A DNA stretch of 56,642 bases, filler included, from Sphacelaria rigidula (lineage: Eukaryota), in assembly GCA_964200075.2 (NCBI GenBank). It is 4 parts of 4 records of this genome, joined end to end, with 100 filler letters (N's around TTAATTAATTAA, not from the genome) between each part and the next. Parts side by side here need not be neighbours in the genome. Positions count along the whole stretch, not along the records: positions 28,380 to 42,462 come from CAXNAA020002466.1; positions 42,563 to 56,642 come from CAXNAA020002467.1; 2 more parts are not named here. The stretch is one strand, 5' to 3'. Below, piece by piece: positions 36,876 to 50,653 of this stretch. The notes beneath the pieces are model-generated. The model was not told where the DNA came from and searched no databases. It worked only from the letters and a program-made list of their open reading frames with translations. The translations under genes and the position numbers were made by a program. Numbering within the stretch: position 1 is the first letter of the stretch; every line of letters begins with the position of its first letter.

Positions 36876-39378
36876 CTGATCTGCTAAAGCGAAGCCCACT
36901 TCTCCGTTGATGAGTTGTAGGCGTTTGATCCTCCTTGCACCCGTCGGCTTGACGGAATCATTCAGCGCGGCCCGAAAAGATCGCCTCAATTGGTCCACGG
37001 AAATGAGCGGTGAACGAGGAGAAGCGGGGGCAGGCTTGTCTTGACCTGGAACGCGTCGAGTGAGGCACTCGAAACCATTCGTGTTGTCTTCTGTTTTGAA
37101 GAGCTTTAAGACGCTCTCCAGCGGCAACTTTTGTTCGGGGCAGATTGGAAAAGTCAAAACGGCGGGAAAACGATGTTTTGTTGGCTGACAAGATTCATGA
37201 TTCACTGCCATGTACGGCCAGGTGATCCATTGTTGGGTGTGAAACACCAGCGATCTTGATTACGGAAATGACCGTCAGTTGCGATACCCCAGGCCAGGCG
37301 AAGGACACGCATAGCAGCCACGGTCTCTGACCTTCGAGAGTACTGCGTGGGCATTATATTCTGAGGCACGCTGCAGCCAAAGTTCACATAATTCAGCATG
37401 TCCTTCGAAAGCCTAAGAGGCGCCTAGGTGCGAAAGAAAATGCCCGCATGTGCTTCAACATGTCCCGCAGTGAGCTTGAAGGGGTGATTTACTCTCCAAG
37501 ACGTACTGTGCAAGGAAGAGAAAATGACTTTTTACCGCAGAGTACGAACCCAACTCGAAACGGACCCCACGGTATTGGCTTCCCCTGCGCCACATGAACA
37601 CGTATATCGACGATCGAATCGACGCCCCGGCTAAAGAGCAATTAGAGGTGATACCTGTGGACTACGCGGAATGAACACGATTGGAACTTGCGGCGAAATC
37701 ACCACCCCTGTCTCGTCGTATCTGTTGGTCCTCTTGCCATGGCTTTGAAACCGTGTGGTCGCACTTGTGGTATATTGGCGTCCATGAAGTGGAAAGAACG
37801 GGTGTTCTTACGGCCTACAGTCATCACAGCGGTAGTGTAGCAACTAGAGCACCCCACGTCCCCACTCAAACGTGAGCACGTGCATTTGTAGGATCTGTAC
37901 AGTCTCTGGCACGGTTTGGCAACTTAGGCAGGTAGGCCTCTTCGTGAAAACCGGTCTCTCGACTATATCGAGGTATGCCTTAAAATGTGGTCCTAGCTGT
38001 TACATGTCTGGCATGGCGACGAGGAAACATCGAATTGCTTTCATCGACGGCACTGCACGCGAAAAAAGACCGTCGCCTCAGGCAATTCTGATTAATCCCG
38101 CGTGTAGCAGTCTTACACCAGGAAAGCTGACTTACCACGAATTTGCAGACGTTTCTTTGCGTAGATCTTCGGATGCCAACAGTCTCACGCAGGCCCACAA
38201 TGAGCGCTGCGGAGTCCTCTCCAGTCTCTTGCGCCAGCGAAGCGAAAAAGGACTCGGCTGCCTCGCGAGGCTTCCGCGCAGCGTCTGACGTCGTTCGAAG
38301 CAGTATCACCTTTGCGAGAATGGGTTCGACAGCAGCCCGCCTCTCACGATTGTCGGCACGCGATTGCCGCAATCTTTCCGCTCTTTCCCCTGTACGACGC
38401 CCCCTGCGGCTATTTGGAAGCCTGACTGACTCCTCTAGAGGTGAGACGTTGCCTATAGATTCCTCACTCTCCGAAGTTTCCCCGTCATCTACAGATTCCA
38501 CTTCTTTCGCCGGCGTGCCGTTCTTGGTAGAAGCGTAGGTCTCCGTCGATGAACCATTCGCCTCAGACCTGCTGGCCTCCTCGACCGTGCCCAAATTCTC
38601 TGGTAGACTCTCTTGCCTCGATGCGCCCACCATGAAGGCAGGATTCTGATAGGCGTGGTATCGCGTTGCAGGGTCAAACAAGGAAATCGCTCCGCATGAA
38701 CTATTTTATGTAGAAACAAATGACGTGAATGCGCTCGAAAAAAACAAAATACCTGTCACACATGACTGTTGTTGTCGTTGTTGTCGTTGTTGTTGTCTTC
38801 ACATTAACAATCGTTCCGATATCTGCGCAGTACTCTGTAGTGGGTATCTGATCGGACGCCTTCCGTCATCACAGGCTAACTACCCCAAGCTAGGGTGTAA
38901 GAAAATTTAAAAACAAATCTGCCAGGAAAGGGTCAGGGCTGAGGTTAGGGTTAGGATTAGGGTTATGCACTCACAAATATCCCTCAACTACCCACGCAAA
39001 AAAAAATGTAGACTCACTGTGGTACGCAAGCGGAACGCGACCCGCGACCCGTGCTTGACAAACAGCAGGGACCTGTCATTGTCGAATCGTTGTGATTTCC
39101 TGGCCAGGGTCCCGAAACAGCCTTGAAATGAAATCGCGTCTTGGCCCCCCTTTTCCTTGTGCCTCCCGTTCAAGTAGCGCGAAATGCAATCAAAACCAAT
39201 TGGGTTGTCCTCGGTTTTGCAGAGCTTTGCCAGGGCTGGGCGCGGCATCTAGGACAAGGAGAAGTACAGTGAGGCGTTTGGGTGGGTGGGTTGGGGTGGG
39301 ATGTACTCATGATCACGGATACTATAGTCACAAGACCATTGATCTCGCATCCCTTCAAAGCCGGGACGGAGCACGCCG

Positions 39379-39414
<36 letters not shown>

Positions 39415-39550
39415 GTGGTTGGGGAAGGGGAGGGGAGAGAGAAAGGGGGGGCGGACAAGGGGGGGAANNNNNNNNNNGGGGGGGGGGGGGGGTAGTCGGT
39501 AAGCCTGCCGAGGGGCTGCTGGCGCCCGACGAGCTCGCCGAGGGCGGGGG

Positions 39551-39603
<53 letters not shown>

Positions 39604-41438
39604 GGGCAGCATGTTGGCTGCGTAAACTGAAGGTAGACAGAGAATGCGGCCGATCAAGAGGTGATAAAGGTGACATACAACAGTCTCTGGTCCAACCTTG
39701 TCAAAATCCACAACCTTCACATTGAAACAAACGACAATACAAGAAAGCAGCGTCGATTACGTATGCGTCAGTGAACCTTCATATTTCCACGTTGTATCTG
39801 ACTCTCTCTCACCGTCTATGACGACAACAAAAAACACGTCCATTCACTCACCACCTGTCAAACATGACCAGTGAACCCACGGCCCACTAGCACGGTCAAC
39901 AACTCAGTCTCATTTCACTCACCACCAGTCGGTGGGGCTCGGTAGGGTTGCTTGAAGATTCGTCTTCCACTACAATTTGAGCACCGTCTAGTACCATCTC
40001 GGGATCCTCTCCAGCCGCCCGCGCGATGTCAGTGAAAAAGCGCACGGCCTTGAGCCGTGGCGCTAGCGCCGCTTGCGACGTGGTCCGCAGCATGATCGCG
40101 TTCACGACCAAGTTTTCCGCAGCCTGCCACTGGAACAGACTGTGACTCAACACACCCTCTCCCTGTTCAGGGACGTCATCTAGAGTTTCGTCAGTGTCTG
40201 CACAAGCGTCTCCATTCACATTGCCGTTGTTAGGAGGTTGACCTTTCAGCTGTGTCGTCGCCTGCAATGTCGATACATTACCCGCTGCCGTAGAAGGTGG
40301 CACGACCCGTTTCTTCTTGGGCTGTACTACCACGACCCGTTTCTTCGTCGGCAGATGCACTGTGACCCGTCTCTCTTCAGATTGTTTTGCAACTTGTCTG
40401 TTTGCAGGTAATTGCGTCCCAGCGGACCAGCGTGGTTCGCCCGTTGCTACCGCCTGCGGTCCCACGAAAAGCTGATGGGTGGGGAAGATGACCTGCGGCG
40501 CTGCGGGCCTGGTGGGCTCAAGTGGCGCTGCCTGCACCGGAGTCGACTGAGCCGGCGGTACGGCCTGCGCTGGTCCGGACACTGGCGCCAGCTGCCCAGG
40601 TGATGAGGCCACCGCCGTTGGCATTGGCAAAGCACCCTGCAGAATAGGAGGCGGTCCTTGATGTTGCACCTGCACCGTCGGTAAAAACTCCGCTTCCTCC
40701 GAGGCCGAGGCAGGCTGGCTACTGGAGGATTGCCGGTGCCCGATGAACGCCACGTCCGGGCAGGAAATTGCTGCCGTTGTCCAAAATGAGCCTTGCTGCG
40801 GTGTTGTTTGAGGTGGCGCGCTGGGGGCTGCAACAGGCGTGCTCTGTGCCGGCGTGCCCTGTTCAGGCGTGCTTTGTACAGGCGTACCTTGTGCCGGTGT
40901 ACGCTGCGTGGGTGTACCCTGCACGGGGGACGCGGTAGAAGCTCCCGGAGGGTCGTGCTGTCGCTCACTAAAAACAGCGAAAAACGTGGGACCCTGAGCA
41001 AGGGGAACAAGAGGAGCGACGGGAGGGTCAAGATAAGGTGCAAGAGTCTATCATCGTGTGTCGTTTTGAAAACCTTGGAAGAGGTTCAGACTTTTCGCGC
41101 GCACCGGCTTCGAGAAGATAGCACGTCATCATTTCGGAAAGAGAACATGCCGACTTCGTGGCATGCAGGATAGCAACAACCTACGTTAGAAAAGAAGGGC
41201 GATACATTTCCATCCGCACCCTATCATTCATTCAGCTACTCGTCACTTACTACCCCTTGACCTTGACCTTCACGTTTGATGTCGCAATCGTAACGATAGC
41301 CCCATTCGGAGCATCTCACCTTACACTAACATGTCCTCACCTTTTGGCTTTCACCGCCGCTAGCGCACTCGAAGACGTCGTTCATGACTTCATCGGGATC
41401 CACCTCGCACTTTGCGCCATCGACCTCCATTTGCAGTT
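36876..41438 (-). CDS. Spliced uncharacterised protein with QxTP repeats and a twice-repeated globular domain (partial model)
   Basis: Exons 41341-41438, 39923-40993, 39018-39248, 38136-38645 and 36876-37127 have GT-AG ends and join in phase 0; motifs LRTTSxAAxxPR..FF..A...GED and KLxKTEDNxxGFxC each occur twice. Confidence 0.7.
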
Positions 41439-42462
41439 CTGACACCACACACCAATCAGGACCACATGCGTAATGGCATTGCAGAGACAGCACAACCGCG
41501 CGTGGAAAAAGAGTGTATGGACGATAATCTTCCGGCATGGTTGGCGTTGGCGTTGTGTAAGGTCCAAAGCTTGGTGAAACAGCAGCACAGCGACATCTGG
41601 GTAAACATCGCTGAATTCCTCGTGACACCCGAATCGAAACGCACACACATTCGGGGTGACCGGATGAGCGTAACGCACCACAACCATCTATACAAATGTT
41701 CTCCAAGAATAGCATCTTGACATTGCGTAACATGGTCGTCGTCACATCAAACTCATACAGCGGCAGCAGCTATGACGTAGACGAAGACGACGACGACGAC
41801 GGCGACAACTCGCAAAGGTCCGACCCCCACCTGGTGGCAACACCTCCCGGTGTCCTAATAACCGTCTTCGTTTGTTCTCTCGCTGCTGCAGGGTGCTTCT
41901 CGAGAAAATCCCACCGTGGGAGAACGCAAGATTCCCACGTGAGCAGTGATGTCCACGCAGAGGGTACAGCGGCAACAGCAAATCGGAACTACGTAAGTGG
42001 GGCATTTCAATCACTTCACCTTCACTATGATTTCAGTGAAAAGTGATAGGCTCACATTGAAACAGATATTCGACAAACAAGCATCACTGCTGAGCCTGGA
42101 GTAGGTGCACTTCATGCAGCACCGGAAGTTTTTGCCCCACTCAGGCGGACACCGATACTACCACGAGCAGCACCGTGGTATAACGGCGTAATAGACCGGT
42201 AGCCTGCGACGGCTATACACGTGCTCGCACGGCTTGCTTCGCTTGGGCCTCAGCTGACGCCAAATGCGATGAGCTACCAACTCTTCACTACAATGGATGA
42301 TCATGTGACATGAAGGGACTGGGACATAAGTACCGTTTCGGTACAAGCATTGCGGCTGACAGTCACGTGGAACACTTTCTCGGCGGGGGGACGCGGGGAG
42401 GCGTACTCATTTGTTGCTTGCCTTAGTCGTTCGACCATTGACCACGCGTTCCTTTCGAGACG

Positions 42463-42562
42463 NNNNNNNNNNNNNNNNNNNNNNNNNNNNNNNNNNNNNN
42501 NNNNNNTTAATTAATTAANNNNNNNNNNNNNNNNNNNNNNNNNNNNNNNNNNNNNNNNNNNN
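42463..42562. other. Artificial scaffold linker
   Basis: Same N44-TTAATTAATTAA-N44 spacer. Confidence 0.97.
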
Positions 42563-43473
42563 ACGAAGATTTTAATCCTCCGGGTTCTCATCCTCAATCA
42601 AAAGCACCATCCTCAACATAGATGATTGGCTGTTCCTACGGAAGTGAGGCACCAAACTGCTACTTTCATACGCAGGGAGGAAAGAGCGCATGGAGGGAGA
42701 GGGAGATGGCGAAAGAGAGAACAGACAACAAGGAGACTACATAAGTGGTGGAGCTCAAACGAAGTAAAATGGAAATGAGCCCGAAAAACGAAGACAAGAA
42801 TTTAACCCTACAGGTGAGGCATACGAGACGAGTAGTAGTCAATCTAAGTCCAGCTGAGGGGGGGGGGTAGCAGTCCAATGGTTGAAATCACTTCTTTTAT
42901 GTGGCCCCTTCTGGCGCGGTAAACGTTTCGGAGCTCCCCACGAGAGGAAGCAACACCCATTCCTCTTTTATCAAACATGAATATTTGAGCGAGAAAAGCT
43001 TACTCATTTTCTTGTTCTCCATATTTCATAATATTCTTCTTATGCTCAACGATGCCCTTTGCCCTTCCGCGTGAAGCAGGTTTGCGACTCAGCCACGTAT
43101 TTGGAGACTGCACGATTTGGGCAGGCACTCGCTCTCACCTGCCAGGTCTGCTGAAGGGCGAGACACAGGCACTTACACAGAACATGCTTCTTTCTTATTA
43201 GACCGAAAGAAAATAATAAAAGTTGATAAACGGAGAAAAACAAGAAGGAGGAAGGATACGAGATAATGCAACAGGAGGGGGAGAGTAGAAACTAGGGAAA
43301 GCGGCGTATACTTTGTATACTGGTGGTGTACAACAGTGTGTGTGTTGTAAGTAGCAGTAGTATCATACAGACAGTGACACCCTTCCTTATCATTGTTGTC
43401 AAAAGGTCATCATCCATTTGCGAATTGATCTTGATGGGATCGATCACCCGGAAATTCCCCACACACAAGCAAG

Positions 43474-43654
43474 GCCATGTCTTATCAAATTGTTTTCGAC
43501 TCGAAAACGTACGGTGGAATCGCATTTTCTCGTGCCTGATACGTCTACGGCATCCATATGTAATCCATATGTGAACAGCGTGGACGAATCAGAAACGAGC
43601 GAATTCGATTCCATCGTACGTTTTCGAGTCGAAAACAATTTGATAAGACACGGC
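43474..43654. mobile_element. 181-bp palindromic MITE/hairpin
   Basis: Outer 49 nt of the arms match with 2 mismatches (GCC.TGTCTTATCAAATTGTTTTCGACTCGAAAACGTACG); pairing continues to about 80 nt. Confidence 0.85.
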
Positions 43655-45350
43655 ATACGTCGCGGATTAGGTTGACACATGATGCCCTCAAATGGCAACA
43701 TGGCGGAGAAGTACTGTACAACACCAACACTGTACTGTTGGAGGAAGCACTTATCATCGACTGACGTAAACTTATACTGAGAATTAGCGATGCTGCTGGT
43801 GCAGCGGCGTGCTCTCGCGCATATACCAAGTTTTGGTGTGTGTGTTGTCCATTTCGCACGGCGCTCCCGCTGTTGTACCGACTGTTGGTCCTGTACCAAG
43901 GTGTTCTGCTTGTCCTGTGTCAACGATAACAATGCCTGTTGCGTGAGAGTATGCTGCATCTTTTTCTCTCAGCGCGAACTCGAGAAAGGAAGTGGGCAAC
44001 GCCACCGTGGTGAAACCTGATCTGCCTGCAAGTCAACCTGTACCCCTTACATGCATGTTTACTGTATGGTGACTGCCTGTAGCGCATCAGATCCACTATC
44101 GTATCACCCTAGGCGGGCGGCAGGTGCCGTGGATTGATTAGACTGCCTATCCAAGGCCTCACACATTAAGCAGCGTGTAGGGGATGTAGCGCCCCAGGGA
44201 GAAAAGAGTAGCTCGAAGGGATGGCAGAATTGACGGTGTATCGTAAAGGCAATGCCGCTCAAACAAGCGCCAATCCTTGCTGCATGTATTCGTGTGTGTC
44301 AAATTGCCTCGACCACCGAGGACCGAGCATTCACATTCTACTACTCTACTACTGTTGTTGTGCTGTTGTAGTTGCGACATGCACGGTATCCATGGATAAT
44401 CGGTATATCTGTGCATGTAGGCTGCACCGTTTCTTTGTATGAAGTAAAGACTACGCACGCACCGCGGAGATTTGAAAATGTAAATGATGGTGACGGTACA
44501 AGAAACACCACACAAACACGTCCTCTGACAGCGCGCCGATCAACTGTAAGTGATGGAGTCATACTCATGTATCCACGGCACTTAGAACGATCTATACTGC
44601 ACTACAGAAAATGCACCGTCAGCTGTACTGAACCAAAACGTACTGATGCCATGAGTACAGCGTGTAGACGGTACAGACTGCACCTTGCCAGGTTGCGCCT
44701 GTTGTATTGATTGGGAATTTTTAGTCAAAGTACAAGTGCAATTTTTGGGGGTAACAAAATCACATAAGATGCCCAGTACCAATGTACCGCGCAGATATCG
44801 GAACGGCTTTTAATGTGAAGACAACAACAACAACAACAACAACAACAAAATAGGATGCATCATTTCCAACCTAAGGAATCATCACCGTCACCTTGGGGCA
44901 TGCAAAGCGCCCCGACTTGAAGATTCTCACCTGGAGATGGAGGTAAAGCACAGTCTGGAGCAGTTATTCTCTCTCGACAGGCTGAAGACTTCGCCCCAGA
45001 TGCTTCCTTATCTTGATCCACATGTGTTGATGGTGGATATCATATATAGTTGTTTTTCGTTCCTATATGCGTATGTTATACAGACCCGCGACCACAGGGA
45101 AGGCTTGATGAGCCTCCGTTCCCATCTCACCAATTAAGTTATGGAGGCAAAAGAAATAGCGTTCATCACCGACTGGCTCTTTTGAAGGAGAAAGTGTACC
45201 CCAACTAGATGAAAGGGTATAGAAACATCATGCCATGCATTTCACACCATGGTTGCTGGGGGAGCCGCGCTTCGCCATTATTATTTCATCATTTACTTGA
45301 TTATCTAGATCTATACTACGTACTTCGTCTTATTTACAAAATCATTATTA

Positions 45351-45507
45351 TTTCCCCCTAAATCTACCGGCGCTAGCACTTTCACGTAAAACAGTAGTCA
45401 GCGTCAGAAGTTTTCAGAATTCGTAGTTGTTCTATTTTTTGAGCTTTCTGGAGTACCGTTCTTCACTTTTACTTGAACGTGCTAGCGCCGATAGATTTAG
45501 GGAGAAA
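45351..45507. mobile_element. ~157-bp MITE
   Basis: ~40-bp imperfect TIRs CCCTAAATCTA.CGGCGCTAGCAC.TTCA.GTAAAA. Confidence 0.75.
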
Positions 45508-46931
45508 GCGTAGGCCGCGCTCACACGGCAGTCCTTAAGTTGGTATTTTTGAGGCGATACGGACTTGATACCCCGTTTATCAGGAGGGTGTTATTGACCG
45601 TTTTTGGTCCAATGTAAGCAGTTTTCCCGCTCTTCCGCGACGAAACGGTAAATATTCAGATTAATGAATACGTATGAACTTCTTCACAATAACGATCGAG
45701 ATCGTGTTTCCCTCCTGTATGTACTGCACAGAGCTCAGTCTAGCATTTTCTGCTGATGGCCTACTTTCGGGTTTTTTTCGCACAACATTTTTCATGAGCA
45801 CTCGAAAGTGCTAGCATCGATACTTTTGGCAGAATAAGCAAACCGTACTCAAAGCACAATCGGCGAAGTTGGTGTCGTGGGGGCGATACCGGGTAAAGAC
45901 CCCGTTTATCAGGAGGGTGTTATTGAACGTAAATGGTCCAAGAAACATAGTTTTCCTGCTTCAGCGCAGTGAATAGGTGGAATTTCGGAAAAACAATCCT
46001 TTTTGAGTCTTCATTTATATTATGCAGATCGAGTCGGTCCACCGAAAATACCGAAAAGATAGAGCCTGGGGTCGTGTTTTTGCAGGACCCCCGAAGATCG
46101 GTCAAGCCCGTAACTCACTCATTGTTGCTCGCAGGTGATTTTTCTTTTAATATTTGTCAAGAGGTATAAAATATTTCCAGATGCCCATTTTTTGGCATCC
46201 AACAGTCACTGTGATGAGTGGTGGCAAGCAAAACAAATTCGGACAATATTTCATACCCTGGACGATAGAATACACGGTCGAAAAATGTACTGCGTACAAT
46301 ATGGAATATATTGTCTATTATTCCCTTGTCCATGGTATGCAATATTTGAGAAACTAAGAAATTACGGATTCTGCATACTTCTGACGCTGACTACTGTCGA
46401 GCTGTAACCAACCTCGAAACCTTTTGTAGTCTAAACTAAACTGTAGCAGTAGTCTGGCACGAAAAACCTTCTACGGACCCTTCGGCATCCGTGTCGATGT
46501 GCATTCAACGTGTTTCCCAGTTCCATCAAGACTGACAATTGTGAGCACACGTCAAACAAGCGATGTGATGCTCTGACCCCAAAGCCTACTCGAAGACTTG
46601 ATTCGTAACCTGTCGCTTGAGCTACCGATCACTTGCTTTTTTTAACAGATTTGGCTGCCATCAAGTGATGTGTTTCAGGTACCAAGCGCCGATGGAAATT
46701 TGAATGAGGGGTGGGTGGCGGAGGGTACTCATATGCTGCATGCACCTGCTGAGAATTAAAACACGTCCCCAACAGAGCATTGTCGGTTATCAAATCTCTC
46801 CTACATTGCGACAGGCGGGCCAAAAGCCTCTACGTTTCCTCGTCTACACCAAACCTCGCCTCCTCAGGCCAGCCAACATATATCACTCGGGAAAAATGGA
46901 CGGCACTGGAATGATTGAAGATTGATCTGAC

Positions 46932-47006
46932 CTTCGCATCTCCAACGCACAGGCGTCTGCCATCTTGAGACCATGCCATGCGAGTCAGCGCACAACGATC
47001 CACAAC
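46932..47006 (-). CDS. DYNC1I: Dynein intermediate chain exon ([25 protein letters not shown])
   Basis: tcag| and |gtcaga, phase 0. Confidence 0.88.
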
Positions 47007-50000
47007 CTGATGGGCAACACGTGGAGCGCGGGTGCGATGGTTGTATCGAGAGCGAGAGGGTGTGAGCGATGCCAAAGCTGAAAAGTCAACATGCGCACCC
47101 AAACACTTTGAACTGCAACGGGAAAAACGAACGAATGTTGGAAACGTTAACCTCGAATTGTATGATTCGTGCATCGTTGCAACCTGAAGCTAGCTGGCCG
47201 GTATTTGGGGGAGCATCCATTCAAAAATTGCCGCACATTTTGAAGTTGCCCTCTGTCCGCCAGCAAATGGACTACCCTGCGAGTCACGCCCTACAACATC
47301 CCGCATGCACCGTTGGTAGCCTGCTTTGTTTCGCCCTCCGTACCTAAAGTAATTCGATAGGAAGCTACCATTTCTTTGCCGTGGTCGGTGCTATACCTTA
47401 GACTAGCGTTTTCTTGTTTGCCTGTCCCTCTCTTACTATCCATTTCTTTCTCCTCTTTATATTCCCCTGTAGCTTCCTGTTTACTCTTTTTTTCCCCTTC
47501 TTCACCAGATTTCTCCTTCGAGGTTACCTTGGAGGGCGCTTCCGTTCATTCTCCATGGTTACGTCCATGATACGACCACGGCTGGTTTGACGGCGGATAA
47601 CTCCACGTGCGACGATCAATCTATCTATCAAATAACCAAATCAAACTGCAAGATTGCGCGTGTTGCCTCGCATCTGGCCACTCAGCTCAGGCCTCGCAGA
47701 CAAACGACCGTCATGAGTCTGGTACCTGTCCAACACGATATACATACCAAGACCCAAAGACAGCACTAGTCTCAAAAACGTCAACGGCTGACGCAATAGT
47801 GCCACATACAAACCCTTCACATGTCATCAAATATCCACGATATTGCCACGTCGTGCTAGAGCCATGGCACCTTAAAACCAGCATGGTAATGCTGGCATAA
47901 AAGAAACGGCATTACCTCGAGAATTCCAAACCATCTTCATAGCGTTGCTACTGGCGAGAGACAGCAGTCTCTCGAATCCTATCAAAGTATATGCCAGTGT
48001 CACTATCAATAGGCACCAACCTTGACAGGTGGCGACATGGGCTCTTCCATGCTGTGGTTGAGATTCCACAGACCCAGCTCCCCGCTGTTATTGGCCGTTA
48101 CAAACAACGCTGGGTGCTTTGGAGACCTGCACAAAACAAAATAAAGAAAAGTGAACGCGGAGTTTGCGTAATTATACGAAGATACGTTAAGCTTGGCACC
48201 AGTGGCAGTCACCAGCTGAGGATGAACTGAAAGTTATCAGTACCCAGACATAGTGTGAAGTAAGTCGTCGCGTCAACAACTCCTTGCAGTATACAAGTAG
48301 CTGCGTCCATACAGTTGCAACATACGGTCAGCTAACAGACTAAAGATATATATATCGAAACGAACACAAGTCATTGCCCGTACAAGTGGGCAGAGTTTTG
48401 ATCGTGCCTTTCGAATGCAAGGCACAATGCACCCCCTGAAAATATACCTGCGAAACCTCACAAGGGATTCGCTCGAAGAAATGGACAAAAAAGAACGGTC
48501 TTCAATCGCGACCCGCAGCGTCTTGCCTGAAACATACCCCGAACACACACGGAGAGCCGGTTTGTCTGAGCAGTGAAGGCGCACTCGGGGCACGTACTTT
48601 GTTAAAGAAAATCTTTATTCTCCTTCGACAGTAATCCTTCATGTTTCCCTTCCCCGTCCAGCTTCCCTCTCACCATTTGGCGTCACAAACGTAGTCGTAC
48701 GTGCCGTGCGTGAAGCTCTGTATCGGTGATTTTCCCCTAGCAACGTGCCACAGGCGAGTGGTCCAATCCACCGAAGCGGACAGAAGCAATCCTCTCAGAG
48801 ACTTGCTAGGACTAGCGAACGAAACACAGCAAAGGGTAAAACAGGTCCTAATCAGCATCATGTACAGTGAAAAAAGAGCAATTGTTGGAATATGCTGTTC
48901 GGACAGCTTTTGGTTCAGGGGACGAGTCGAACGGAGGACAGACAAACAGCACAGTTGATATGATACCCTTAGGGGTGTTCGACGACTGTCGAATGGCTCG
49001 CGGCAACTAACCTAGCGACCTAGCTGCCCAGAACAAGGCAAAACATGCGTGAACACCGATTTTTCCAGAATGCTGGAAATAGCGTACAACGATCGGCAAA
49101 AAAATGGTGTAAAAGACAAACAACAACGTATTCGTGAGATTGAGAGTAGAGCGCTGACTTAAAGTGGCTTTGGCAATTCGGTGTAAACTAGCCAATTTTT
49201 CTTTCCGTGTGTGTGTTTTCTTTGCCTCCATCACTAGCGTGTGCTTACAGCTACACGTCGATATTTTACTCCGGGATATCAAGGGCCTCAGTGGCAAGCT
49301 ACTACAGAGAGCATATCGGGCCTCGTGGAGGGGCCTTTCGGAACTGAAACGATTAATTTGCTAGTTGACCGCTTTTCACTCTCAGTCGTATCCCCTACTC
49401 TCAATCTCACGAAAACATTGTTGAACGACTCAATGCACATACACACAGCCTTGACACCAGGTGTTGAGCAACTCGACAGTACCGCCGACGGAAACACAAC
49501 AGGCAGGAAACGTGCGAGGAACCAAGTACAGAGCAGCATGGAACAGCTTTCGTCGAAACTCGCTCAGGATATTGAGAACATTTCTCGCGCGTACGGCGTT
49601 TGGCGGTCAGCAAGATATCATTCGCGCGCGAGGAAACGCCACGACAGCGAACACATGAAGCCGTGAGAAGCTCTTCACGCGCATTTGGGCGAGGAACTGC
49701 CTCGTTTGCACGTTAGTACTCTTTTTCACGCGAGGTCGAGGCCAGACAACCGTGGTCTGATATTCTTGGCGGCTGCGGCATGTAACTGGCAACCAGAGCA
49801 ACTGAGAGAGGCTCTACATAACAACTCCAGAAGTTACCAAGATCCTTGCAAGTGCGCCAATTTCTGTCCAGAAAATGGGATGTTCCTGCTGCCGTTCCCT
49901 ACCAGGGCAGACATATTCAACAGTACTGGACGGTCTGTTTCGACGCCCAAGGGTCGGACGGATCATCGCTGGTTCGAATCATCAAATCTACGATTTCTGG

Positions 50001-50622
50001 GGCCTGATTTTTGGCCGCGGATCAAATAGGTCCATAGACAAAATTTGCACTACTCCACGTGCCTTGGGTGCGATGCTAAACACAGAGCCCAAGGATCGAT
50101 TCATACGGAGCGAATCATGATGTACACTAGAAGCAAGTGATTTTCAGAAGAATCTCTGTTCTTCCCATCCTTGAAGGAGCAAATGGATACAAGTTACAAC
50201 CAAGGCTGCAATGTCCACGTGAACGCCAAAATGGAGGCAAGAATATGCGGAATTCTACAAAAGCACCAACAAGCCTTGCCCCCCCCCCTCTGCTCCGTCT
50301 CGCAAGGGATGCGTGGTCAATGGTCAAACGACTAAGACTAAGGGAAGCAACAAATGAGGACCCCCCCCTTCCCACCCCCTGTTCCGTTCCGCTACTACGG
50401 TGCGGTACCTTGGGTTAGCATCCACCGATGTCACCAGTCCATGGTGTCCCAGATACCCCTGGCCGTTGCACGTGGGACGTGGAAAAACAAAGGCGGGAGT
50501 ATTCACGTAAGTCACGGTATTGATCAGCTACGGTCTGATGAAATATGCACCGAAATAACGAGGAGAAACAGCACTTATGGGAGTGTGCACCGTGAGATAC
50601 AAAGAAGAGCATGCAAAGACCA

Positions 50623-50653
<31 letters not shown>

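Noticed and set aside
38929-38964. Telomere
   Set aside because: Only a few degenerate TTAGGG units inside an intron; interstitial and probably repeat-derived
39170-39725. Poly-Pro/poly-Gly ORFs
   Set aside because: Translations of homopolymer G/C tracts around an N gap within an intron
42563-46931. Terminal exon of the dynein intermediate chain
   Set aside because: Candidates at ~46745, 44931-45006 and ~44108 gave no convincing DIC C-terminal sequence
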